Positions 29,383 through 37,990 of a stretch of 64,000 nt of DNA are shown here, one piece after another. Source of the stretch: a virus; the IMG/VR virus record IMGVR_UViG_3300005471_000011, positions 40,108 through 104,107 of that record; one strand, given 5' to 3'. The position numbers and the translations under genes were made by a program. How positions within the stretch are numbered: position 1 is the stretch's first letter; each line of letters starts with the position of its first letter. Under the pieces are notes generated by a model. It saw only the letters and a list, made by a program, of their open reading frames with translations. It was not told where the DNA came from and did not search any database.

Positions 29383-29912
29383 TGCGCTATCTCGTGGTTG
29401 ATCTTGAGGCTACGTGCTGCGATGATGATTCGATTGCAGCCAGCGAGCAGGAGACCATCGAGATTGGTGCGGCGATGCTTGATCGAGCAGTGGTCGCAAC
29501 CTTCCAGACGTTCGTGCGCCCGCAAAGACATCCGTTGCTGACTCGGTTCTGCATGGAGCTGACAGGCATCAAGCAGCAAGATGTTGATAGCGCCGCGCCA
29601 TTACCGGCGGCATTCACGTCATTCCTTGAATGGGCGCTTCAATTTGGGGCATGGCACTTTGCCTCATGGGGGACATTCGATGAGCAGCAATTGTTGCGCG
29701 ACTGCGCCTTCCACGACATAGCGTACCCGATGGGAAGGCACATCGACTTGGCGCACGTGTTTAGGAAGCACGCGGGCTGCACCGCTGGGCGCGAGCGAGC
29801 AATGCGGTTGCTTGGAGTTAAGCCGGAAGGCACACGCCATCGCGGGATAGATGACGCCAGGAACGCAGCAGGCATCGCCGCAGAGATGCAGTCGCGTGGT
29901 TGGATGACGTAG
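29382..29912 (+). CDS. DEDDh 3'-5' exonuclease (ERI-1/KapD-like)
   Basis: YLVVDLEATC, EIGA, LTGIKQ, SWG.FD, HRGIDDARN. Confidence 0.85.
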   Translation: MRYLVVDLEATCCDDDSIAASEQETIEIGAAMLDRAVVATFQTFVRPQRHPLLTRFCMELTGIKQQDVDSAAPLPAAFTSFLEWALQFGAWHFASWGTFDEQQLLRDCAFHDIAYPMGRHIDLAHVFRKHAGCTAGRERAMRLLGVKPEGTRHRGIDDARNAAGIAAEMQSRGWMT

Positions 29913-29918
29913 CAGTCA

Positions 29919-30656
29919 CTACGGGAGTTTGCCGCGTCGCAATTCGGAGTAGGAGATCGGCGGACGCGGCGATAGGTTCTCAATGGGCTGCTCGACCGCT
30001 TGCTGTGCCGCCTGCTGAATGTCGAGCACCTGCTTCTCCGCTTGCTCGCGCTCGACGGCTTCGATGTCCCGGCGCACCTGCTCAAGCTGGACCTGCCGGA
30101 CCTCGGCGGCGGTAAGTCGTTTTGGCTGGGGCAATGTCGGCTCGCGGACGATCTTGGGCTTGACGTTGGCGGCGACGCTGACGGTTTGCGGCTCCGCAGC
30201 TACCGGTGCCGGCTGGGCGGGGTTGAAGGGGTCCAAGTTCTGGACGCCGCAGATGATCAGCCAGCCCAAGGCCAGCCCGCCAGCGCCCCCCAGGACGCAG
30301 CGGACGACGTGATCGGCTAGCGAAGGCAGCTTGTCGCGATGCCTGCGCCGGCGGTGCTGGCGGATGGCAAATGCAGGCCGGGCAGCTTGAACCGCGGGGG
30401 CGCAGGTCAAGGGTGGAGCGAACGGTTCGCCGGACTCCAGCTCGATCCCCTGGCTCTCGCCGCCCAGGGCTCGCCAGGACGCCCAGAAGTCATCCCGGTT
30501 GGCACACATGCCTTCATGGACCAACAGCGGTCCCAAGCCTCCTGCGCAGCTACAGTGCAGCCCCAGGCCCATGACGGCGACGGGTGTAGCCACAAGCTGC
30601 TGTCCGAAGAACGTCACGTTAAGCGGTTTCATTGCCAAGCCTCCCAGATTTCCCAT
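29919..30656 (-). CDS. hypothetical membrane-anchored protein
   Basis: Minus-strand ORF filling the gap; TM-like LGGAGGLALGWLII; divergent intergenic region upstream. Confidence 0.4.
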   Translation of the reverse strand: MGNLGGLAMKPLNVTFFGQQLVATPVAVMGLGLHCSCAGGLGPLLVHEGMCANRDDFWASWRALGGESQGIELESGEPFAPPLTCAPAVQAARPAFAIRQHRRRRHRDKLPSLADHVVRCVLGGAGGLALGWLIICGVQNLDPFNPAQPAPVAAEPQTVSVAANVKPKIVREPTLPQPKRLTAAEVRQVQLEQVRRDIEAVEREQAEKQVLDIQQAAQQAVEQPIENLSPRPPISYSELRRGKLP

Positions 30657-30831
30657 GTTGCCGGTGTCATTTTACCGTCACGCGCCAAACAAAAAAACGG
30701 CGCATTTGTATAGGGGGACGGCTGATCACGGACATGCGGCGCATATGAGTTTGGCGTGTCCCTATTGACTTTGCCGGCAAACCGCCATAGCGGCACTGTG
30801 GTTTACGGGATTTTCCAGGTATTTTCAGCTA

Positions 30832-30860
30832 TTGACGCAGAAACTTTGAATCGGTAAAAT
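30832..30860 (+). promoter_or_regulatory. sigma70-type promoter
   Basis: TTGACG-17 bp-TAAAAT in the divergent intergenic region. Confidence 0.65.
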
Positions 30861-30902
30861 AACGGCACTGGGCCAACGAATACATGATAGGGAACGCAAA
30901 CC

Positions 30903-31307
30903 ATGACCACCGAGGACGAAAATGAAAACCTTCAGCAAGCAGCGGTTGACCAAGGCAATTCAGAAGTACGCCAGGAAGCACGGCTTCAGCGCCAGCACGG
31001 TGAGGACGGTAACAAGCCTGCGACTGGCCGCGCTCCGCGAAAGCGGTTTGGTTTAGGCTCCGGCAACACGCCGGCAATCGGCTGGCACACATTTCAGCAG
31101 TGCGAGAATGCCATCCGCTGCGACCGAATCAACGTGATGCTGGATTCCGGCAAGCGAGTGTTCGGCGACGACGGGAAGGACGAGCCAGGGACATGGCACG
31201 AGATAGAAGAGGCGGTTGAACCGATGAGCCACGGCTTGTATGTGAAAACAAAGGACGGGAGGAGGATTCGGATTTATGCCTACGACGCATCGGATGCACG
31301 ACAATAG
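30903..31307 (+). CDS. hypothetical protein
   Basis: ORF downstream of the promoter; start uncertain. Confidence 0.4.
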   Translation: MTTEDENENLQQAAVDQGNSEVRQEARLQRQHGEDGNKPATGRAPRKRFGLGSGNTPAIGWHTFQQCENAIRCDRINVMLDSGKRVFGDDGKDEPGTWHEIEEAVEPMSHGLYVKTKDGRRIRIYAYDASDARQ

Positions 31308-31364
31308 GGCTTCGGCCCTTAATGCGGCTCGGCACGTTGCCGAACGGTCCCAAGGAGCCCAGTA

Positions 31365-32327
31365 ATGGCATGGCATGACTACCCACTTGCGATCCGCGGC
31401 ATGGCTGCGACAGCCGGCCGCACGGAGCAGGGACTCATCGACCACATGCAGGAGATCGTGCGGCGGGACATGATCACCGGCGCTCGCAAGGTCGCCTTCA
31501 TCAACAGCCTGGCGCATTTCGGAGGGGAGTTGCGGTGGACACAGGCGCATCGCCCGTACTATGACGTCTATCCGTCGGTAGTTCGGGCTTTCCTCAACGT
31601 GGACCTGGACAAGCTGCTTTGCGACCACGTGCGGCTGCCAATCCCGGACTTGCTTGTCCGATTCCAGCCGGGGCATGAGTTGCCGGGCGGCGACGGCGCT
31701 TTGGTGCGCAGCTTCCTGGTGAGCATGACCGAGCAGCACAGAACCTCCAACGCCGGCATGCTGGTCGGCATCGATGAATGGCGGGAAGGGCAGGAAGTCC
31801 CCAACCACACGGTCACCGTAGTATCGCTGGCACCTGGGACGACCGTCATGTCGCGGCTAGTTCGCGGGCGTGAAATCACGGGCACGCTGATCGAGGCCGG
31901 CGTGAATGATACCACAGTGGATAACGTATTCCGGTTCGCGGTGGCTCTGTGCCTACTCAAAGACCAGATGGACTTAGTCAGCCCCGAACCGCTGGAGGCC
32001 GACCGCAGTAAGTGGGACGCGACCCATGATCCAAAGCTGCTGGAAAAGGCAGCGCGGCGCGGCAAGCGATGCTGGTCCATCGGCAAGCACATCGAGGTCG
32101 CACCGGGATTCCGCCGTCCGCATTTTGCGATCCGCTGGATGGGCAAAGGCGGCACGGACCCGAGGCTGCGACCCATCAAGGGCTGCCTTGTGCGGCGTGA
32201 GAAGCTGGCGGAAGTCCCCACGGGCTACCTGGACATCCAGCTAGACGAGGAAGCCTTAGCCGCAGTAGAATCCGCGCATGGAACGCCAGCCAAAGCCGTG
32301 GGGACGGACGACCCCCATCATCCGTGA
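31365..32327 (+). CDS. conserved phage hypothetical protein
   Basis: AAGGAG RBS; C-terminal PGFRRPHF...W.G.G motif seen in phage accessory proteins. Confidence 0.6.
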   Translation: MAWHDYPLAIRGMAATAGRTEQGLIDHMQEIVRRDMITGARKVAFINSLAHFGGELRWTQAHRPYYDVYPSVVRAFLNVDLDKLLCDHVRLPIPDLLVRFQPGHELPGGDGALVRSFLVSMTEQHRTSNAGMLVGIDEWREGQEVPNHTVTVVSLAPGTTVMSRLVRGREITGTLIEAGVNDTTVDNVFRFAVALCLLKDQMDLVSPEPLEADRSKWDATHDPKLLEKAARRGKRCWSIGKHIEVAPGFRRPHFAIRWMGKGGTDPRLRPIKGCLVRREKLAEVPTGYLDIQLDEEALAAVESAHGTPAKAVGTDDPHHP

Positions 32328-32727
32328 CCCGCTGTATCACGTTGATCGCATCGCCGTTGAGCCGGGAGGGCACTGCTCCATCCACCGCCACTTGCACAAG
32401 AGCAACGCTTTTCACGTACTATCCGGCGCGCTGCTCGTAGTGCGGTTCACCCAGGTCGGAGGCGTCGGGCCGCACACGTGGATGACCGCCGGGAACACTT
32501 ACACGCTCTATCCCGGCTGGTGGCATCAGTTCTGGACGAAGATCGGCGCTGAGGCATTAGAGGTGTACCTGCCGGCGACGGAGAACCCGGTTGACGTGGC
32601 AGACATCGAGCGGCATCCGCAGTTCAGCGAGGGCGGAATTCTGGATTACAACATGCTCACTCCGCGATGGCACCAAGTATTCAAGCCGCTGGAGATCGAA
32701 GTCCCGGCGCTGCAACTCCAGCTATAG
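32278..32727 (+). CDS. cupin-domain protein (sugar isomerase type)
   Basis: CSIHRHLHKSNAFHVLSG..PGWWHQF..ALEVY..DIER. Confidence 0.75.
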   Translation: MERQPKPWGRTTPIIRDPLYHVDRIAVEPGGHCSIHRHLHKSNAFHVLSGALLVVRFTQVGGVGPHTWMTAGNTYTLYPGWWHQFWTKIGAEALEVYLPATENPVDVADIERHPQFSEGGILDYNMLTPRWHQVFKPLEIEVPALQLQL

Positions 32728-32735
32728 GAAACCTG

Positions 32736-32960
32736 ATGGGCTGGTATCCGTGTGAGCTATGCAAAGGCAACGGGTGGGCGCTGAAGCCGGGCAAGGGCTG
32801 GTGGCACGTGCTGCTGTGGGCGTTGCACTGGGACATGGCGTCACCTTCGCGGACCCCTTGGATGCAATGCCCACACTGCAACGGCAGGGGCTACGAGCCG
32901 CCGCCGTGGACGGGAAGCAGGCCATTGCCTCCACCTCCACCGCCGAAGAAGTATGCCTGA
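32736..32960 (+). CDS. DnaJ-type zinc-finger protein
   Basis: CELCKGNG..CPHCNGRG. Confidence 0.55.
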   Translation: MGWYPCELCKGNGWALKPGKGWWHVLLWALHWDMASPSRTPWMQCPHCNGRGYEPPPWTGSRPLPPPPPPKKYA

Positions 32961-33166
32961 TGCACGAGACGTTCCGGCGCTGGCAGGAGATCGGCGGCTT
33001 GGTCCGCGAATCTGGCTGCTTCGCCCTGGTGGACCGGATGGCTTTGCGGGAATATACCAACGTGGGCAGCTTGCAGCGTTGGCAGGTGATTGACGAGTCC
33101 CAGGAGTGGTATCGGACGTTTCGCAGCGCGGCGCAGGCAGCGACCTGCCTGGAGGATCAAACCTGA
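32960..33166 (+). CDS. hypothetical protein
   Basis: TGATG coupling on both sides. Confidence 0.4.
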   Translation: MHETFRRWQEIGGLVRESGCFALVDRMALREYTNVGSLQRWQVIDESQEWYRTFRSAAQAATCLEDQT

Positions 33167-33429
33167 TGGCTGCCACGATTCTCACCGATGAGCTTTCACC
33201 CGCTGAGCGATTTGCCACGGCCGTCGGCTTGGTGCTTGCCGGCGACTACTTCAAGCTGGACGCGAAGAACCCAGACGAGGAATACCAAATCACGATCATG
33301 ATCGCCAAGCTGGTAGAGAGATTGAACGTCAGCAAGGAATTCAGCCGCGCCGCTGCGGAGACGGCGGAGTTGGGCCAAATCTTCCGCGAGGCGCGTTCCG
33401 AGATCAACGCCAAGAGGCGCGGTAAATGA
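33166..33429 (+). CDS. hypothetical protein
   Basis: GGAGG RBS, coupled start. Confidence 0.5.
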   Translation: MAATILTDELSPAERFATAVGLVLAGDYFKLDAKNPDEEYQITIMIAKLVERLNVSKEFSRAAAETAELGQIFREARSEINAKRRGK

Positions 33430-33710
33430 AGTGCGAAAACAACTGCCGCAAGACTTCATCTCACTGCCATTGCTGCGCGGAAGTCTCGCCGCCGCTGGAG
33501 TGCGTCCCGTGCCGGCTATGCGGGGATCGCGACGAGATGTACGCGGAGATCCCCGTGGAGGGCGACTGGCACGGGCAAGGCTTCGTCATGCGGATCGGCT
33601 GCCTCTGTCCGGCGTCGATGGAGCTTGAGAAGGACGAGACGCGAACGGAGTTTGAAATCTACGAGGAATCTATTTTGCAGTGGAACGAAATGCAGGAGGA
33701 TCGAGGGTGA
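33426..33710 (+). CDS. Lar-like zinc-finger protein
   Basis: PCRLCG..IGC.C..WN pattern. Confidence 0.45.
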   Translation: MKCENNCRKTSSHCHCCAEVSPPLECVPCRLCGDRDEMYAEIPVEGDWHGQGFVMRIGCLCPASMELEKDETRTEFEIYEESILQWNEMQEDRG

Positions 33711-34534
33711 ACATCCGCGAGAACCTAACCGTCGTCGTGGGCGTGGACGCCAAGACGCTGATCCAGTTCGAGCAGTCCCACAGGACATGGCGGCTGCACC
33801 ATCCGTGGCTGTTTCAAATCCCTTGGGTCGTGTTCTTCGACGGCGAAGTCGAGAACCTTAAGACCGCCATCCATGAGCGCAGGCAGTTCCCGGAAGGCAC
33901 AACGTTCGTTTCCTGGCCGCACTGCGCCTACAAGCTGGACGGGGAGACGCTGCGGAAGCCCAAGTACGAATCCCAACGGGAAAAAATGCTTTCCGGGCAC
34001 GTTTACGTTCCAGCAATGTTCGTTGAAACGGATTGGCACCTGAAGCTGGATACCGACTGCGTGGCACAAGGGCCATCTCCAAACTGGCCAGACCCGGAAT
34101 GGTTCAGACAGGACGACTTTGATCGGTTCCCAGCGTGGGTCGCGCCGAAATGGTTTTACACGAAAGGGATCAATGCTCTTGGCAGGCTAGAGGATTGGGG
34201 AGACCGCGTGCAGGCGCTGGCTCAGAAGCCGCGATTGAACATTCCATTTGATCCAAAAGCGATGCGGGTCGGGCATCCACGTATGTGTAGCTGGTGCTCT
34301 TTTTATCGAACGTCCTTTACAAAGAGGCTTGTCAATTGGCTCAGCGAAACTATGCCGCCTGGGCAATTACCAATCCCAAGTCAAGATGGCGTCGCGTGGT
34401 ACGCCGCAGCGCGCGCAGGTGAATACACTCGGATTGCTAATCAGAAATCGCATCTTTGGACCAATGTCCCGAAGCTCGGTAACTTGATCGCGCTCGTGCA
34501 GCGAGTCATGCGCGGAGAGCCGGTTGATGCTTAA
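33707..34534 (+). CDS. putative GT-A glycosyltransferase
   Basis: ETDWHLKLDTD (DxD) and PSQD motif; GGAGG RBS; glyco-cluster context. Confidence 0.55.
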   Translation: MNIRENLTVVVGVDAKTLIQFEQSHRTWRLHHPWLFQIPWVVFFDGEVENLKTAIHERRQFPEGTTFVSWPHCAYKLDGETLRKPKYESQREKMLSGHVYVPAMFVETDWHLKLDTDCVAQGPSPNWPDPEWFRQDDFDRFPAWVAPKWFYTKGINALGRLEDWGDRVQALAQKPRLNIPFDPKAMRVGHPRMCSWCSFYRTSFTKRLVNWLSETMPPGQLPIPSQDGVAWYAAARAGEYTRIANQKSHLWTNVPKLGNLIALVQRVMRGEPVDA

Positions 34535-35073
34535 GACAGCCATTTCCAGGTCGCGCCGTACAGTACATCCCTTACGCAACCGACGCTGACGTTGAACACT
34601 GCTGCGATCCATTTATGACGCTTGCCGACAGCGCGAAATGCTCGAATCGCATGGACCTCTTGTTCGGTCAGGATGGCACTTCCGTGTCCTTCTCCTTTGG
34701 CAATTGTGCCGTGAATGATTTTATCATTCATGTTGCTCTTGCGGGTATCCCATCGCAAGTTGTCAATATCATTATCGTGCTCGTTCCCGTTTTCATGGCA
34801 GCCTTCCAGGCCGACCGGACATGGCCCAACAAAAACTGCAAGCATTAATTGATGCATCAAAATTTGCAATTCGCGGCCAGCCTTTCCGTCTTTCAATGTG
34901 GCCTTGAGGTAATTGCCACGACGTTGCAATTTCAATCTGCGAGGCGTTTTGTAAACCCCACCATTCCCGCCAGGTTTTTTGATTGACCAGAGTTGCCCGG
35001 ACCGCGAGAGAAAATAACCGGGCCAATCCGGGATTGGCGTCAATTCAGGAATAGCGGTAGAATCCGCAGACAT
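34531..35073 (-). CDS. NUMOD4-HNH homing endonuclease
   Basis: IPDWPGYFLSRSG (NUMOD4); HQLML.VFVGP, CHENG...DN..DNLRWDT..N; C-terminal HTH. Confidence 0.85.
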   Translation of the reverse strand: MSADSTAIPELTPIPDWPGYFLSRSGQLWSIKKPGGNGGVYKTPRRLKLQRRGNYLKATLKDGKAGRELQILMHQLMLAVFVGPCPVGLEGCHENGNEHDNDIDNLRWDTRKSNMNDKIIHGTIAKGEGHGSAILTEQEVHAIRAFRAVGKRHKWIAAVFNVSVGCVRDVLYGATWKWLS

Positions 35074-35158
35074 TCGATGTACCTCCAGTAAAGGTGCATT
35101 GGGTTCGGCCGTGCCGGGGCTAAATCCGGCACGGCCCCTATTGTACAGTAGGCGGGGA

Positions 35159-35392
35159 ATGATTCAACGCATGGCCAAGAGCATCCTCAAGGATGATGAA
35201 CCCCAGCCTCGCAAGCTCAAGGATTCCGAGCGCAGCGCGCGAGGGTTGGGCTGGGAATACAAGCGACGCGGCCGGTTGCTCAAGTCCAATCCATTTCCAG
35301 CCGGCACCTTGAAGCACTCAGAATTCATCGCGGGCTGGAACGAATACACGCCGCCGGACAGCAAGACGGCGCACGACGGGGACATCGAATGA
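35159..35392 (+). CDS. small hypothetical protein
   Basis: NPF..GT..H..F.AGW motif; start uncertain. Confidence 0.45.
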   Translation: MIQRMAKSILKDDEPQPRKLKDSERSARGLGWEYKRRGRLLKSNPFPAGTLKHSEFIAGWNEYTPPDSKTAHDGDIE

Positions 35393-36300
35393 ATGACGGT
35401 TGTTTGTTTTTTAACGCTGGTTCCCGCCATGCCATCCACTTGATCGTCGCACTGGCTTCGCTGCGCAAGCACTGGCAAGGTCCCGTGGCAGTCGTCACGG
35501 AGGTTGACGGACCCGGTCGGCGCGTCGCGGAAGCGTGCGCCGAGGATGGGCGGCTGGGTGCGATCCAGGTGATCCCCAGCGAGGAAGTCCAGGCTGGCGG
35601 CAGCGGCAAGGCTTATTACAGCAAGACCAAGCTACCGCGTCTGACGCCGTTCGACCGCACAATATTCCTGGACGCCGACGTGCTGGTGGTCAAACCATTC
35701 CAGGAGCTGTGGCCTGAAGAAGGCGAGGCAGTGATCACGCAATTCTCTGACTGGGTATCTACGGGCGGCAAGATGTCCCAGAGAATTAAAGGCTGGCGGG
35801 AGGTAGAGCCGCATCGCGTAGCAAGGCAGCTCGCGGAGAAGTGGCCGGCGATCAACACTGGGGTCATCGCGTGGTGCGGCGACGGCGGCGAGTGGGCACA
35901 GGACTGGACGGACACCGGTTCGCGGCGGATCAGCTTCATCGGCGATGAAATAGCGATGCAGTTAATCTTTCCGGATCATGAGTGCCGCATCGTCGCGTGC
36001 CATTTCAACGCCAGTCCTGTGTTCGATGCCTGTCCCATCCGCGAGAAGTATAAGTGGCCTTGGGACGAGGAGCACGGCGTTGCGGTGCGCAGCGAGGACG
36101 TTCGGGTTTGGCATTTTCATGGGTTCAAAGCGTGGAAGCGTCCCGCCGGTTGGAAGCTCTATCGGCAGAACTACATGGACGCACTGGACGTGAATCTAGC
36201 CGGCATCCGCGAACACCCGGTCAATGGCAAGCACTTGAATCTGCTGCCGGAGCAGGATCAGCGGATCATTCGCGGCGCTATGATGGCGGCGGTTAGTTGA
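35389..36300 (+). CDS. GT8-like glycosyltransferase
   Basis: TPFDRTIFLDADVLV, INTGV, DE.AMQ, VWHFHG. Confidence 0.75.
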   Translation: MNDGCLFFNAGSRHAIHLIVALASLRKHWQGPVAVVTEVDGPGRRVAEACAEDGRLGAIQVIPSEEVQAGGSGKAYYSKTKLPRLTPFDRTIFLDADVLVVKPFQELWPEEGEAVITQFSDWVSTGGKMSQRIKGWREVEPHRVARQLAEKWPAINTGVIAWCGDGGEWAQDWTDTGSRRISFIGDEIAMQLIFPDHECRIVACHFNASPVFDACPIREKYKWPWDEEHGVAVRSEDVRVWHFHGFKAWKRPAGWKLYRQNYMDALDVNLAGIREHPVNGKHLNLLPEQDQRIIRGAMMAAVS

Positions 36301-36325
36301 CGGTTGAATGTAGCGTCTGTAAAAT
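36297..36325 (+). promoter_or_regulatory. sigma70-type promoter (possibly leaderless transcript)
   Basis: TTGACG-17 bp-TAAAAT; ATG 36333 is 7 nt downstream of the -10. Confidence 0.6.
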
Positions 36326-36332
36326 GCTGGTC

Positions 36333-37157
36333 ATGAAAACCGTCGAAATCATCACGCATTGTTTCGCCGAGAAGATTCCCGCGTTCGCTTCACTGCTGAC
36401 GGCACAACTCAGCAGCTTGATCCTGTGGGAGCCGAGGAACTGCATGGCGGTTCTAACGATTTGCTATGCAGAAGATGACCAGCGAACAAAATGGGTTATC
36501 GAACGACTGGTCGAAATTGTGGACGGTTGCAAGGAGGATGAACCGGAACTGGCCCGTGCAATTGATACCGGCTTAGTGCCGTGCCCGCATCCTAGAGTCG
36601 ATATGAAGTTGCTGTTTGAGCTAGACCGCGCAAAACTATTTCGTCGCTCTATCGGACGCAACATGGCAGCTCGCCGTAGCCGCGCAGACATCGTGTGGTT
36701 CGCAGACTGCGACTACATCTTCGGAGAAGGCTGCCTGGACGCGCTGGCTGCCTCTGAGTTCACCGGCTTGACATATCCCCAAGAGGTCCAAATCCACCGC
36801 GCACACCACATCGGCGACGCGGAGATTGCCAGGATCAAGCCGGGCGAGCTGTTCACGCCGGACCTGTCGTTGTTTGAAACCAAGCGGGAGAAGTTCGCCA
36901 TCGGCGGGCTGCAAATCGTTCCCGGCGACGTGGCGCGGAAGTATGGCTACTGCGACGGCGGACGCTGGCAGAAGCCGGCTGATCCGGCGCAAGGATTCCA
37001 GGACACGCGAGAGGACAAAGCTTACCGCCAGGAGATGATCGAGAAGTGCGGGCCAAGCAAGGCGATCCATCTACCCAACCTTTATCGGTTCCGCCACAGT
37101 GAGTCGGCTTTTGAGGATTCCGCCAAGCGGCTGGCGCAGACCGCTGGAAAGGTCTAA
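36333..37157 (+). CDS. GT2-like glycosyltransferase
   Basis: GRNMAA...ADIVWFADCDYIF, ED motif. Confidence 0.7.
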   Translation: MKTVEIITHCFAEKIPAFASLLTAQLSSLILWEPRNCMAVLTICYAEDDQRTKWVIERLVEIVDGCKEDEPELARAIDTGLVPCPHPRVDMKLLFELDRAKLFRRSIGRNMAARRSRADIVWFADCDYIFGEGCLDALAASEFTGLTYPQEVQIHRAHHIGDAEIARIKPGELFTPDLSLFETKREKFAIGGLQIVPGDVARKYGYCDGGRWQKPADPAQGFQDTREDKAYRQEMIEKCGPSKAIHLPNLYRFRHSESAFEDSAKRLAQTAGKV

Positions 37158-37357
37158 TGTCAAAGCCAGATTCCTATCGCCAATGCACGCTCAGGCGGAC
37201 CGCTGCAAAGAACACGATCATTGAAATGGTCGAGTGGGTGCCGCAGCGCATAGCTTCCATCGACAACGTGGTTGAATGCAACGGCTTCGCTTGGTTTATA
37301 GTCCATGTTGGTCAGGAATCCAGCGATCCGCGTTCGGCGCATGTGAAAACCAAATGA
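37157..37357 (+). CDS. hypothetical protein
   Basis: 66-aa coupled ORF. Confidence 0.4.
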   Translation: MSKPDSYRQCTLRRTAAKNTIIEMVEWVPQRIASIDNVVECNGFAWFIVHVGQESSDPRSAHVKTK

Positions 37358-37896
37358 GCCGCCTCTTCCCTGAAGTCATCCGCGACCGTGGACTAGTGCG
37401 CGAAGTGTTCATAGAAACCGGCACGGGAGGCGGCATGTCCGTGCGGCGCTGCCGCAGGCTGTTCAGCATGATCCACACGATTGAGTCCGACCTAGCGACC
37501 TACCAGAAGGCTGCACATGACCTGCGCACGTTCGGCAACGTGCGGTGCCACCACGGGCGCTCACCAGACCTGCTGCGCCGGATCATTGATCCCAAACTGC
37601 CGACGCTGTTCTACCTGGATGCGCACGCTGTGGCGCAGAACCCAGAACTGCCGGCACCCATCCAGGAATGTCCCCTGCTGGACGAGCTGCGCGCGATCTT
37701 CTCTTTCTCTTGGTCTGAGCCGCCGCCGATCATGGTGGATGACGCGGGCATGTACGGCGAGGAGTTCTGGTCTGGCAAGCGGGCGAAGGGCTATGACCGG
37801 GCGCAGTGGCCGACGCTAGCGCAGGTGCTCGACGAACTCCCGGCGGGCTACCGCGCCAGCAACCACCGGGATATTCTGATCCTGGAGCCTCAATGA
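37354..37896 (+). CDS. class I SAM-dependent methyltransferase
   Basis: VFIETGT..G, HTIES, GRS, LFYLDAH, PLLDEL, IMVDD. Confidence 0.75.
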   Translation: MSRLFPEVIRDRGLVREVFIETGTGGGMSVRRCRRLFSMIHTIESDLATYQKAAHDLRTFGNVRCHHGRSPDLLRRIIDPKLPTLFYLDAHAVAQNPELPAPIQECPLLDELRAIFSFSWSEPPPIMVDDAGMYGEEFWSGKRAKGYDRAQWPTLAQVLDELPAGYRASNHRDILILEPQ

Positions 37897-37990
37897 AAAA
37901 CTACACATCAACCGTTCCCGCTGACCGCACTGTCGGCTTTGCCTAGAAAGTCGCGTTTGCCTAGTAAGTCGGCGGTCTGCCCAGAAAGTC

